Below, in pieces: positions 25,428 to 36,865 of a stretch of DNA of 44,411 bases (positions are counted from its first letter, which is position 1; each line of letters opens with the position of its first letter). Under the pieces are notes generated by a model. That model was not told where the DNA came from and did no database searches. It saw only the letters and a program-made list of their open reading frames with translations. The stretch covers positions 61,152,813 to 61,197,223 of the forward strand of contig NC_068991.1 in the NCBI RefSeq assembly GCF_001194135.2. The letters run 5' to 3'. The position numbers and the translations under genes were made by a program. This DNA is from Octopus bimaculoides (lineage: Eukaryota).

Positions 25428-25553
25428 GTTCTATATTTAAGAGATGAGGAATTATGTACATTATTTACAATTGATGGATATTTGTCCTCATCTTTGTTGT
25501 TAACACATTTCGGCTGATATACCCTCCAGCCTCCATCAGGTGTCTTGGGGAAA
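25428..25553 (-). mobile_element. Penelope-like terminal repeat fragment with a decayed hammerhead motif
   Basis: Minus strand gacac-CTGATGG-a-ggctg-gagggtatat-cagcc-GAAA-t-gtgtt. Confidence 0.55.
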
Positions 25554-26182
25554 TTATACACACACACACACACACACATTTAGACACATATGCTTATTAT
25601 GATCATCATCCAATATCCGCGTTCCATGCTTGCTTGCATGTGTTGCACTGTTTGACAGGATTAGATGACTCCGAAGACTGTATCATAGTCCAGTGCCTGT
25701 TTTAGCACAGTTTCAGTGGCTAAATGACCCTCTTAATACCAACCGCTTTACTGCGTGTAGTGAGTGCTGTTTTAGTGGCACTACTGCTAGTGGGGTTTCC
25801 ATGTAGCCAGTCCCCTTCAGCTAGATGGGGCTACTTGTGAGAAGGAGGCAGTCTTATATTAGCAGATATCAGGTTAAACTGTGAAAGAAGAAATCCAGAA
25901 TGGAGCAGGTTTTTTGCTGTAGAGGTGCTACATGGCTACTCACATTCTTGAAGAGGGTGTGGGATCGGATTGGGAGGGGAGCTGGAAAGTGATAAAAATA
26001 GTGGTGGTTAGTGTTAGGGTGGAGCTGAAGGTAGTGGGGAGAGTAGAATTGAATGGTTACGGGAGAACAGGGTGTGTGGTTTGGTTTCAAAAGTGTGTTA
26101 GTGACTAAGGGATGATTAGAGATTGAGAGAAAATGAGAGAGTGAATATTATGGTGAACAAATGTTGAGGGATGTTCAGTAGG

Positions 26183-26360
26183 GTAGCTGTATATGACCAC
26201 CTAATGTGTTTAGGGTTTGCAGAAAAGGGAAACCCAGGAAGAAATCTGCTGAAGTGATGAAGAATGACTTCAGGACCTTGATCCTCATGGAGTAGATGAC
26301 TAAGGGCCAGGATGGCTGGTGATATATGATTCTGAAATGATCCACCCAGCTTTGTGAAAC
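26183..26360 (+). mobile_element. RTE LINE 3' end fragment
   Basis: KGKPRKKSAEVMKNDFRTL; inverted homologue of 27050-27230. Confidence 0.65.
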
Positions 26361-26393
26361 CGAGCTTTTGGAAACACAGTTTGTGTGTGTGTG

Positions 26394-26426
<33 letters not shown>

Positions 26427-27049
26427 ATTTATATACATGTTCAAAACAAGGTTCCTTTGTCAGTTCCATCCTCGAGACATTTCACTAACCATCATCCACC
26501 TAACTGCAGTATTCTGCTGCTGTAATTTAGGGAAGAATAATGTGGGGAAGAGTAGGTGACAACTGTAAAAATTGGGTAGGGTCAAGGGATGACCACTGAT
26601 GAGTATGAATTGGGGGGCAGATAACTGACAGTATAGAAAGGGGTCAATGAGATACAGCAGAACAGCACTAATGATACAGTGGATAGTGGAAGGGCAAGAG
26701 AGGAGGAGCTAAAGAAATGATGTGTGTTGGGTAACTAGGAGTGAGGAGTAAACATAGTGGCTTGGAAGAAAAATAGACACATGGTGGTGGAGGAGAGATA
26801 ATTTAGTAGCTCAAGAGGGTGATCAATGTAAAATGTGAGTGGAGAGGAGGACAATATTAAAAATGAAGAATGGATATCAAGTGAAATGTTTCCAGGTCAT
26901 AAGAAAGACAAGTGGCATCAAGGAAAAGCTGGTGAAATATGCAACTCTGCTCACATTTAATAACAGCAGCAGAATACTACAGTTAGGTAGGTGATGGTTA
27001 GTGGAATGTCTTGTATACACACACACACACACATTATGTTTCCAAAATC

Positions 27050-27700
27050 ACAGTTTCTCCAAAATGGATGGGTCTTCTTGAGAACCACATATCACCAGCA
27101 ATCTTGGTCCCCCGTAATCTCCTCCACAAGGCTCAGCGTCCTGAGCTCGTCCTTCACCACTTCTGCCCATGCCTTCCTGGGTTCCCCTCTTCCACAAGCC
27201 CCATACACATTAAGTAATCAGCTTTTCTTTATACAACTGCGCTTATCCATATGCATCGTGTGTGCATACCAGCTCAGTATACTTTCTTGAACACTATATC
27301 TGATTCCTCTTACACCTCTCAATACATTTGTACTTTGCCATTCATGCACACCTATACTGTACATCCAATGGAACATGCTAGTTTCCTTTCTTTCCAGTTT
27401 TTTTCAAATCCTCAGTATTCAAAGCCTATCACACACTACCATGCAGCATCACAGATCAAACACAAGTGTCATACAAACAGTCTCTCACTCTGAGGAGAAA
27501 GAGATTTTCCCTCAGACACAGAAGTTCCCTGAACATTTTTTCAAACCCCTTCTACACTGGTTACTGCACTTTTAGAACAACCAGCAGCCCTGCTTATTAT
27601 GTCTCCAAGGTAATAAAAGGTATCAATGACTTCTAGTGAGCCACCTGGGCATTTAAGAAAATTTACTTCTGGTATGCTCCTAGTATGTACTACTCAAGTA
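27050..27700 (-). mobile_element. Decayed RTE LINE 3' part
   Basis: LERKETSMFHWMYSVGVH and GACGRGEPRKAWAEVVKDELRTL. Confidence 0.8.
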
Positions 27701-28092
27701 CATCTGTCACATACTCTGTTATGTATATATACATATGCATATATATACATCACCATATACATATATAGATATATAAACATGTGGATATGTATGTATATAT
27801 ATACACACACACACACATACAAACATATGCATGTATATACAATTATATCATTATCATCATTATTAGTTTAAATTTTCCACTTTTCCATGCTTGGATCAAA
27901 AGGAATTCATTGAGGTCAATTTTACTATGGCTGGATGCCCTCACTGTCATCAACCCTAACCTGCTTGTAAGCAAGGTAATATGTCTACATAGTAAGGCAT
28001 ATTTCTCACGGATGACTGGAATGGAACGACAGCTTGTATGATGATGATGATAATTAACAATCATCAAGTGATGTATAAACGAGAATACATGC

Positions 28093-28171
<79 letters not shown>

Positions 28172-28275
28172 NNNNNNNNNNNNNNNNNNNNNNNNNNNNN
28201 NNNNNNNNNNNNNNNNNNNNNNNNNNNNNNNNNNNNNNNNNNNNNNNNNNNNNNNNNNNNNNNNNNNNAATCCGC

Positions 28276-28309
<34 letters not shown>

Positions 28310-28769
28310 TACATACATACAACAGGATTATTTTAGATACCATCTGCCAAATCCGCTATATATATATATATATATACACACATACATACATACTGCCAAA
28401 TCCGCTTGTCCAAAGTGCTGTGCTATGAGAACCTGAAACTGTGTGGTTGGGAAGCAAACTTCTTAACCACATAGCCATGCCTACATGTGCGTGTATACTT
28501 ACGCATATGCAGAGGCATGGCTGTGTGGTTAAGAAATTTGCTTCCCAGTCACATGGTTTCAGGTTCAGTCCCTCTGCACATCTCTTTGAGCAAGTATCTT
28601 CTGCTACAGTCCTAGGTTGAGGAATTTGGCATTTCATATATAAATTTGCACACATTTACATATATGTGCATAATTCAAATGTAGATATATATTTGTATAT
28701 ATTCACATATATTCAATGTGTGTATATATATCCTTATATATGTGCATACATATATGCATATACACATAC

Positions 28770-28817
<48 letters not shown>

Positions 28818-29019
28818 TATCCCAATGTATGTGCTTGCATAAATACATATATGCACACATATACACATATAAACATCTATATAGAAATACATATATACAA
28901 ATATGTGCACAGATACACAAATGCACATTTCTACAACCATATGTATATATATATATATATATTTATATATATACACACATATAGAAATATATTTACACAA
29001 ATATATATGCATGTGTGAG

Positions 29020-29053
<34 letters not shown>

Positions 29054-30172
29054 TGCTTATACAGATATATATAAATATATACACATATACACAGATATCT
29101 GCATGTATAGACATTTATTCAAATGCATATATGCATATATATTTTATGTACACACAAACACACAGATATATATATACATATACGTAAATATACACATACA
29201 TAAATGCACGCATACAGATATACACACAGATGCATAAAGCTATATGTATTAACACAGACACACTTTATATGTATATACACAAACACTGAAACATTGCTTT
29301 ATTCATACACATAAATATTACACACGCAAATACAATGAAGGATTTTCCCGTAGTCGGTTACCAGTTCCGTAAAAACTAACGTACGCCGAAGCAATTAATT
29401 TTAATTAAAAGCATAACAAGAAACTTTACGTATTGTTATATGCGTGAAAAATAGTTCAAATTATTTTTCACACATACTGAATTAAAGGTTGGTTGAATTT
29501 AACGAAGATAAACACAAAAAATGACTGTAAAAACTGCTTATGAATGTGTATTTTTATGATTGATAGATAGATAGATANNNNNNNNNNNNNNNNNNNNNNN
29601 NNNNNNNNNNNNNNNNNNNNNNNNNNNNNNNNNNNNNNNNNNNNNNNNNNNNNNNNNNNNNNNNNNNNNNNNNNNNNNNNNNNNNNNNNNNNNNNNNNNN
29701 NNNNNNNNNNNNNNNNNNNNNNNNNNNNNNNNNNNNNNNNNNNNNNNNNNNNNNNNNNNNNNNNNNNNNNNNNNNNNNNNNNNNNNNNNNNNNNNNNNNN
29801 NNNNNNNNNNNNNNNNNNNNNNNNNNNNNNNNNNNNNNNNNNNNNNNNNNNNNNNNNNNNNNNNNNNNNNNNNNNNNNNNNNNNNNNNNNNNNNNNNNNN
29901 NNNNNNNNNNNNNNNNNNNNNNNNNNNNNNNNNNNNNNNNNNNNNNNNNNNNNNNNNNNNNNNNNNNNNNNNNNNNNNNNNNNNNNNNNNNNNNNNNNNN
30001 NNNNNNNNNNNNNNNNNNNNNNNNNNNNNNNNNNNNNNNNNNNNNNNNNNNNNNNNNNNNNNNNNNNNNNNNNNNNNNNNNNNNNNNNNNNNNNNNNNNN
30101 NNNNNNNNNNNNNNNNNNNNNNNNNNNNNNNNNNNNNNNNNNNNNNNNNNNNNNNNNNNNNNNNNNNNNNNN

Positions 30173-30229
<57 letters not shown>

Positions 30230-30564
30230 AATACATATAATACAGATGCATGCAATACTGTATTGTTACATGGTGAGATGATAAAGCGGTGGTTTATAGA
30301 CCAAACATCTGAGGGTTATCCTAGTTCTTCACTTTAGTTTACTTTCAATGCGATACACATTGTATTTATGTTTTTTTTGTTGATTCCGTTTTCGTGCATG
30401 AGAGACAAAACAAGGGCACAATTACACGCGCACTTGTTCGTATATGTTATCTTTATACATAGATCACACTCAGTAAACACAAACATACATACATACATAC
30501 AAACACAAACACAAACGCATCAGTGTATCATGCTCGAGAACTGTGCATTGTTGATTAGACTTAC

Positions 30565-30754
30565 CTTCGAGAATCCGCAGTCCGTATAAACCATCGAGGT
30601 TAATTCGCTTATAATTCAACCTGTAATATCCGACTAGTTTCTCTAAGCTGTAAACTACATTTTCTAAAGATGCCCTGGTGGCAGTTCCACAATCGAAAGT
30701 CGGGAACAATGCCACCAAGAAGAGCAAGAAGCACTGTCCCGTGGACGCCACCAT
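30565..30754 (-). CDS. C16orf89: First coding exon of a secreted UPF0764 / C16orf89-family protein (63 codons plus 1 nt, phase-1 donor)
   Basis: ATG at 30754 with an in-frame TAG 24 nt upstream. Translation MVASTGQCFLLFLVALFPTFDCGTATRASLENVVYSLEKLVGYYRLNYKRINLDGLYGLRILE has a hydrophobic signal peptide. INLDGLYGLRILE matches the INLDGMVGVRVLE motif I recall from human C16orf89. The exon ends at a perfect donor AAG|GTAAGT (30565/30564). The family call is from recalled sequence, not a search. Confidence 0.78.
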
Positions 30755-31600
30755 TCTAGCAGCGCTTCCACGGTTCTACACTCGCTGCTCTCACTCTCTC
30801 ACTCCCTTACTCAGTCTGGCTGACTGTCCGTCTGAGTCTTCACTGATTGACTGACTGACTGTATATACTGTGTTGTTAAGCATGTGTTCAACATTATAGC
30901 GAGTGGCTCTCTCTCTCTCTCTTTCTGTCGCTATCTTTTTTCTCGCTCTCTATGTTTTTCTCTCTCTCTCAATCTCCATCATTCTATCTAAACGCTCCCT
31001 CTTTCTCCCCCCCCCTTTTTTTTCCTATGATAGTTTTAATCAGCAGTGCCGGAGTGAGCTGAAACTCATAAGTCAAGTTTCGCATGAGTAGAAACGAGAA
31101 AGAAAATAATGACGAAAGATTATGATAAAAGGTAACAACAGTCGTAAATGAATAGATTGCACAGGCGGTATGGATGAAGTTTTATTGTATTCAGCGACAA
31201 ATTTGTTCATAGTCTGCTTATCTCCTCTCCGCTACAGGATTGCGCCGACACCGGCTCTCCACATGAACATTCTGAATTCTATTTCGCCTAACAACGTCTC
31301 CACACAACTCGACTGTCGAATATTAAGACGACGTTGTTAACAGGATTGTAATGCTTTTTCTCACTGCTCTAGTCGCTAACGAACACGCACACACGTGTAT
31401 GTGTATATATATATATATATATATACATGTGTGTGTGTGTGCATGTACGAGCGCGCGCACACACACAACACAACACAAATACACATGAACACACCCACAC
31501 ACATACACACACGCACGCACACACAGATCTACGTATGTATTTGACGAGCCGTTGCCGGTGAAACGTCGAAGTCACAATCGATCTGCTTTCCTGTTTAAGG
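30755..31600 (-). promoter_or_regulatory. Putative 5'UTR and promoter of the C16orf89-like gene
   Basis: Immediately upstream of the ATG, visibly CpG-richer than the flanking DNA, with (GACT)n and GA/CT tracts. No specific core motif identified. Confidence 0.4.
31541..31567 (+). ncRNA. Minimal hammerhead-like core with no helix I
   Basis: TTGACGA-GCCG-ttgc-CGGT-GAAAC-GTC. Confidence 0.4.
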
Positions 31601-32600
31601 AATTATGTGTGTGTGTGTGCAATATATATATACATATATATATATATATANNNNNNNNNNNNNNNNNNNNNNNNNNNNNNNNNNNNNNNNNNNNNNNNNN
31701 NNNNNNNNNNNNNNNNNNNNNNNNNNNNNNNNNNNNNNNNNNNNNNNNNNNNNNNNNNNNNNNNNNNNNNNNNNNNNNNNNNNNNNNNNNNNNNNNNNNN
31801 NNNNNNNNNNNNNNNNNNNNNNNNNNNNNNNNNNNNNNNNNNNTTCAGCACGCTAATTCCCTTACAGTAGAGTCTTATATATATATATTATATGGTGAGT
31901 TCAAAAACTTTGATTATCTAAGAGTTTTTATCACAGTTACTTGACAAAATGTCCCCCAAGGGATGTTTAAACTCTAAAAGAAAAACTGAAGATCTCTTAC
32001 TTCTAAATTTTTGAAAGATAAAGACAATGTTTCCTTTTTGTATTTGGTTTTCAAGATTTTTGATGTGACCTCCTACATTGAAACGGATTTTGTTGTATCT
32101 TGGGAGGGTCATTACGCCAATATTATACACACACACTGGTTGTACTTCACTTCTTTATCTTTTTATACAATCGATTAACTGATCAACTGCTTGATTAATT
32201 TAATCATTTGGTCTGTCATTCTTTAGTTCTTTTCTCACCATTTGTGACTTCATCAGTGATTTGTCCTCTCTAGTGTAGATCTGCTTCAGGTCTGTCAAAC
32301 TGATTGACTGAATGATTAATCAAACACCTGATGAGTTAATTGGTTAAGCAATTAACCAGTTGACTAATAATAATAAAAGAACTGATATAGAAACAGTGTG
32401 TGTGTGAGTGTGTGTTTGTGTGTGTGTGTTTGTGTGTGTATGTGTTTATTAACATAATGAGCATTGCAAGATACAAGAAAGGTGATATGTTTAGGAGTGG
32501 ATCTTCTCTTTAAAGGCAATTGGTAAAAGCACAGGAGGCGTTTCAATTTTGTTAGATCTTATCAGCCGAGCATATTCAAACCAGTTTCTAAGATATAGAT

Positions 32601-32840
32601 CAGTGGTTCTTCAAACATATTTTGCCTATGGATCCCTTTGATTCCTGTGTTACTCCACTGTCACCTCCCACCACCACCGATAAAAGAAATCGTATTATAT
32701 CTTTGTAATTAAATATTATTAGGAATTGTATAAAAGAATTGTTAAAATTATAAAGTATAAGAAATTTGTTGCTCATAAGCTTTAACAACTAATCTTTTAT
32801 GGATCCATAAAGATCATATGAAACCAGGTAGGAACCACTA
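32601..32840. mobile_element. hAT-like MITE
   Basis: Ends cagtggttct and ggaaccacta; candidate 8 bp TSD atatagat / atttaaat (2 mismatches). Confidence 0.7.
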
Positions 32841-33159
32841 ATTTAAATGAACATTTGCTACTTGTTAGTTTTTGTTTTAGGTATTAAAGGCCACAAAGGG
32901 AGATTTTATCTTTTAATTGCCAAGATAATCTCAGCTGCTTGAAGTTTTTCAACTCACTATATTACATTGCTAAAACTCACTGTATGTATGTAGGGGCCTT
33001 GCTTGGCCCTGCCTGAGATTCAAAACTGAATTCACTCGCTTGTGTGATCCTTTGTGTTTATATCTCCACACCGGTTGATTAATGGGAAACCCTTGACCTC
33101 CTAGTCCTTTGTTTACGATGTGACATACTTTCCTGGCCATAGACTGTATTACAGAAAGC

Positions 33160-33430
33160 ATGTCTTTCTCAGATCTCTTCGTCTTTCAGTCAGTGAATCA
33201 GGAGCACCTTTCGGATAGAACCAAAAAGGGACAATACCACCTGTACCCTTACTTCCTTTCTGTCAGCAGAGTGCAGTCCTTACTCTTTCACTCTCTCTCT
33301 ACCAGCAGAGCACAACTTTCACACTACCAACAACCAACAAGCGGGCAAAACTTTGTCATGGTCAATTATAATTATTAACAATTGCTGCTATCTGACATGC
33401 TGACCGCTTGACTGCAAATAAATATGTTGG
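33160..33430 (+). pseudogene. Possible decayed Penelope GIY-YIG endonuclease remnant
   Basis: Frameshifted peptides FSDLFV, STFR..TC and NNCCYLTC..LDCK/YVG resemble the PLE pattern NVIYLITCxxCxKxYVG. Confidence 0.35.
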
Positions 33431-34148
33431 TAATATTCTTTATTCTTTGGGGTTCTTCTTCGCTTGGTATCTCCAATGTGAGAACCTTAACATCTTCACT
33501 TCAACAGTCGTCACACTGTCACCCAACAACTGGAGTCGTTACCTCTTCACATCAACGAGCATTACATAACCTCATCAAATCTGGTATCCCTGACGTAGAG
33601 AGTTACATTATTCTGCTACATATGTGTGTGTGTGTGTTTGTATGTGCATGTATGTGTGAATACCGTCACCATCATCATCATCCTCATCATCATCATGATT
33701 GTCACCATCATTACTTTGTCAGAATTTATTGAGGTAGATTTTTTTTATGGCCAGAAGCCAACCTTCATCTCTTTCCGAACAAAGTATTATTTCTCCCTAT
33801 ATGGCCAGATATGTTTGCCCCCAAAAATGTGCTTGTGTGTGTAGATATTAGTTTTAAAGTTTGGCTCAGGGCCAACAAATTTGAGCAAGATGGTTAAGTC
33901 GATTACATCAACCCCAGTACTTAGTTGATATTTATGTTATTGACCCCCAAGAGGATAGAAAGCAAAGTCAACCTCAGTGGGATTTGAACTCAGAAAGTAG
34001 ATGGAAAAAATACTGCTAAGCATTTTCTTCAGCATGCTAATAATTCTGCCAGCTCACTGCCCTATTGTGTATGTGTGCATGTGTGTGTGTGTGTGTGTGT
34101 GTGTGTTTGTGAGTGTGTGTGTGTATGTGTGTGTGTGTGTGTGTGTGT

Positions 34149-34616
34149 AATGAATGAGGGAAATGGAAAACGGAGTTAACAAGAATCTTTATTCAACACA
34201 ACAATTGTTTCGACGCATCCTGCATCTGTGCAATATTGCACAGCTAGTAGTGTTGCATCCATCATTGCAGGCTGCATCTCATCAGGTGTCACATTTTAAA
34301 CAAGATACTTTGTTACATATACAGAGGTTTGTTTGGCATACTGTGGTCGCCTGTGGGATATTAGCAATACTGACAGTACATGGAAAACATTTCTGGGTTA
34401 TAAGAGATAGCTGAGTCTGGCTATAGTTCACAGGGAATATATAACATAAATCAAAGTAATATGAGAACAAAACATGACAAAACCTGCATAGATAGATGCA
34501 ACACAACTAGCAGTGAAATATCCTGCCTATAAGGGACAGATGCAGGATGTATTGAAACGATTGTTGTGTTGAATAAAGATTCTTGCTAACTCCATTTTTT
34601 GTTTCCCTCACTCATT
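34149..34616. repeat. Inverted repeat with ~125 bp arms and ~210 bp spacer (Penelope-like terminal repeats)
   Basis: 34149-34272 is the diverged reverse complement of 34483-34616, e.g. aagaatctttattcaacacaacaat vs attgttgtgttgaataaagattctt. Confidence 0.9.
34195..34290 (-). ncRNA. Type I hammerhead ribozyme, all core positions present
   Basis: Helix I GACAC/GUGUU; core CUGAUGA (34285-34279); 13 bp helix II with 1 mismatch (34278-34266 / 34224-34212); GAAA; helix III AC-AAUU-GU; GUU cleavage triplet with the predicted cut between 34200 and 34199. Confidence 0.8.
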
Positions 34617-34774
34617 ATGAACTTAATGAACACTGTGGAATTCCTGATGTAGATTCAGTGACAAATATATCATAACCGTTAATGATATCAGGTAGCCTAC
34701 ACAGTGTAAGTTCTTTAATCAGCACACCACTAGACTAATAATTACTTGTATATATTAGTCAAGTGAAGACATTG

Positions 34775-35000
34775 TCATGGCTGATGCCAGTGCTGCCTGA
34801 CTGGCACCCGTGCCGGTGGCGCATAAAAGCACCCGTTACACTCTCGGAGTGGTTGGCATTAGGAAGGGCATCCAAACTGTAGAAACTTTGCCAGATCAGA
34901 TTGAGCCTGGTGCAGCCTTCTGGCTCACCAGTCTTCAGTCAAACCGTCCAACCCATGCCAGCATGGAAAGCAGACGTTAAACGACAACAATGATGATGAT
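34775..35000 (+). mobile_element. RTE-tailed short element (family D)
   Basis: ggttggcattaggaagggcatcc..ccgtccaacccatgccagcatggaaagcagacgttaaacg followed by (GAT)n. Confidence 0.85.
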
Positions 35001-36312
35001 GATATATATNNNNNNNNNNNNNNNNNNNNNNNNNNNNNNNNNNNNNNNNNNNNNNNNNNNNNNNNNNNNNNNNNNNNNNNNNNNNNNNNNNNNNNNNNNN
35101 NNNNNNNNNNNNNNNNNNNNNNNNNNNNNNNNNNNNNNNNNNNNNNNNNNNNNNNNNNNNNNNNNNNNNNNNNNNNNNNNNNNNNNNNNNNNNNNNNNNN
35201 NNNNNNNNNNNNNNNNNNNNNNNNNNNNNNNNNNNNNNNNNNNNNNNNNNNNNNNNNNNNNNNNNNNNNNNNNNNNNNNNNNNNNNNNNNNNNNNNNNNN
35301 NNNNNNNNNNNNNNNNNNNNNNNNNNNNNNNNNNNNNNNNNNNNNNNNNNNNNNNNNNNNNNNNNNNNNNNNNNNNNNNNNNNNNNNNNNNNNNNNNNNN
35401 NNNNNNNNNNNNNNNNNNNNNNNNNNNNNNNNNNNNNNNNNNNNNNNNNNNNNNNNNNNNNNNNNNNNNNNNNNNNNNNNNNNNNNNNNNNNNNNNNNNN
35501 NNNNNNNNNNNNNNNNNNNNNNNNNNNNNNNNNNNNNNNNNNNNNNNNNNNNNNNNNNNNNNNNNNNNNNNNNNNNNNNNNNNNNNNNNNNNNNNNNNNN
35601 NNNNNNNNNNNNNNNNNNNNNNNNNNNNNNNNNNNNNNNNNNNNNNNNNNNNNNNNNNNNNNNNNNNNNNNNNNNNNNNNNNNNNNNNNNNNNNNNNNNN
35701 NNNNNNNNNNNNNNNNNNNNNNNNNNNNNNNNNNNNNNNNNNNNNNNNTATATATATATATATTTATGTATGTATATATATCTGTATATAAATATATGTG
35801 TGTGTGTGTATATAGTTCAAATTTACTGAAAACAAAATGCGAATATAGGTGAAGGAACAACAAGCAGGTGTATTAGCTTAATGCTCGGGAAGAATGGAAA
35901 AGTCTTTGACATTTCAAGCCTACACTCTTCGATGGAAAGGGTTGAGAGGGATAAAAAATGGAGAGAGAATGAAAAAAAAAAAAAACAGAGAGAGAAAAAA
36001 ATGTGTTGAGATTAACAGTTTAATATAATGAAATGTCACCATCATCATTGTCAACATCAACATCATTTTAACATCCACTTTCCCATGCTTGAGTGGATCG
36101 GATGGAGTTTATTGAGGCAGATTTCCTATGAATAGATGCCCTTCTTGATGCCAACCTTCACTTCTTTCCAAGCAAAGTGATATTTCTACATGGTCAGACA
36201 GGTTCTCATAGAATGCCAGAAATGAATGACACTTTGTAAGGTAGTGATAATCATTTATAACTATTACATGATGTCAAGACAAAGAACACAAACATACAGA
36301 CACACACACATA

Positions 36313-36865
36313 TATTTTACAGAAAATAAAGTAAATTTCAAATGTAGAATAGCTATGAAAACAGCCTAGAAGATCAGGTAAAATACCCTTTAGAAGATGG
36401 AGAAAAGTGACCAGCTTTCAGAGAATAGAACTCTGTTCCTCTCAAATTTCAGCTGAGCCCTCTTACTGTTAAGCTAAGTGATCCCTGACTGTTCCCAGCA
36501 AGCCACTACAAAGAATCAAATCCACTATCTCTCGAATTCTGACAAAGTGCTTTGTACTGTTAAGTTAAGTGACCCCTGACAATTAATACCGTCTTTCATA
36601 ACACTAAATAATAGCTTTCGAAATGCGAGAGCATTTTTTATAACAAACTTAAAAGTGCAGAGTGAGTTGGTATTTTACAGAAAATAAATCTTGAATGCAG
36701 AATAGCTGTGAAAACAGCCAAGAAGGTCAGATAAAAATACCCTTTAAAAAATGGGAAAAATAAAAATAAGTGGTGCACAGCCAGCCCCTACAGAGAATTG
36801 AAACCTGTATCTCTCGGATTCCAACTGAGTGCTCCGTACAATTAAACTAAGTGACCACTGATACT
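36313..36865 (-). mobile_element. Tandem copies of a further tRNA-headed repeat
   Basis: Direct repeats at 36313-36490 and 36671-36865, with a partial copy at 36500-36580. The minus strand shows tagcttaacagtaagag (A-box-like) and gttctattc / gtttcaattc (B-box-like). Confidence 0.55.

Noticed and set aside
14215-35863. ORFs containing X runs and YI/HT/CV dipeptide repeats
   Set aside because: They are translations of gaps and (TA)n/(CA)n microsatellites.
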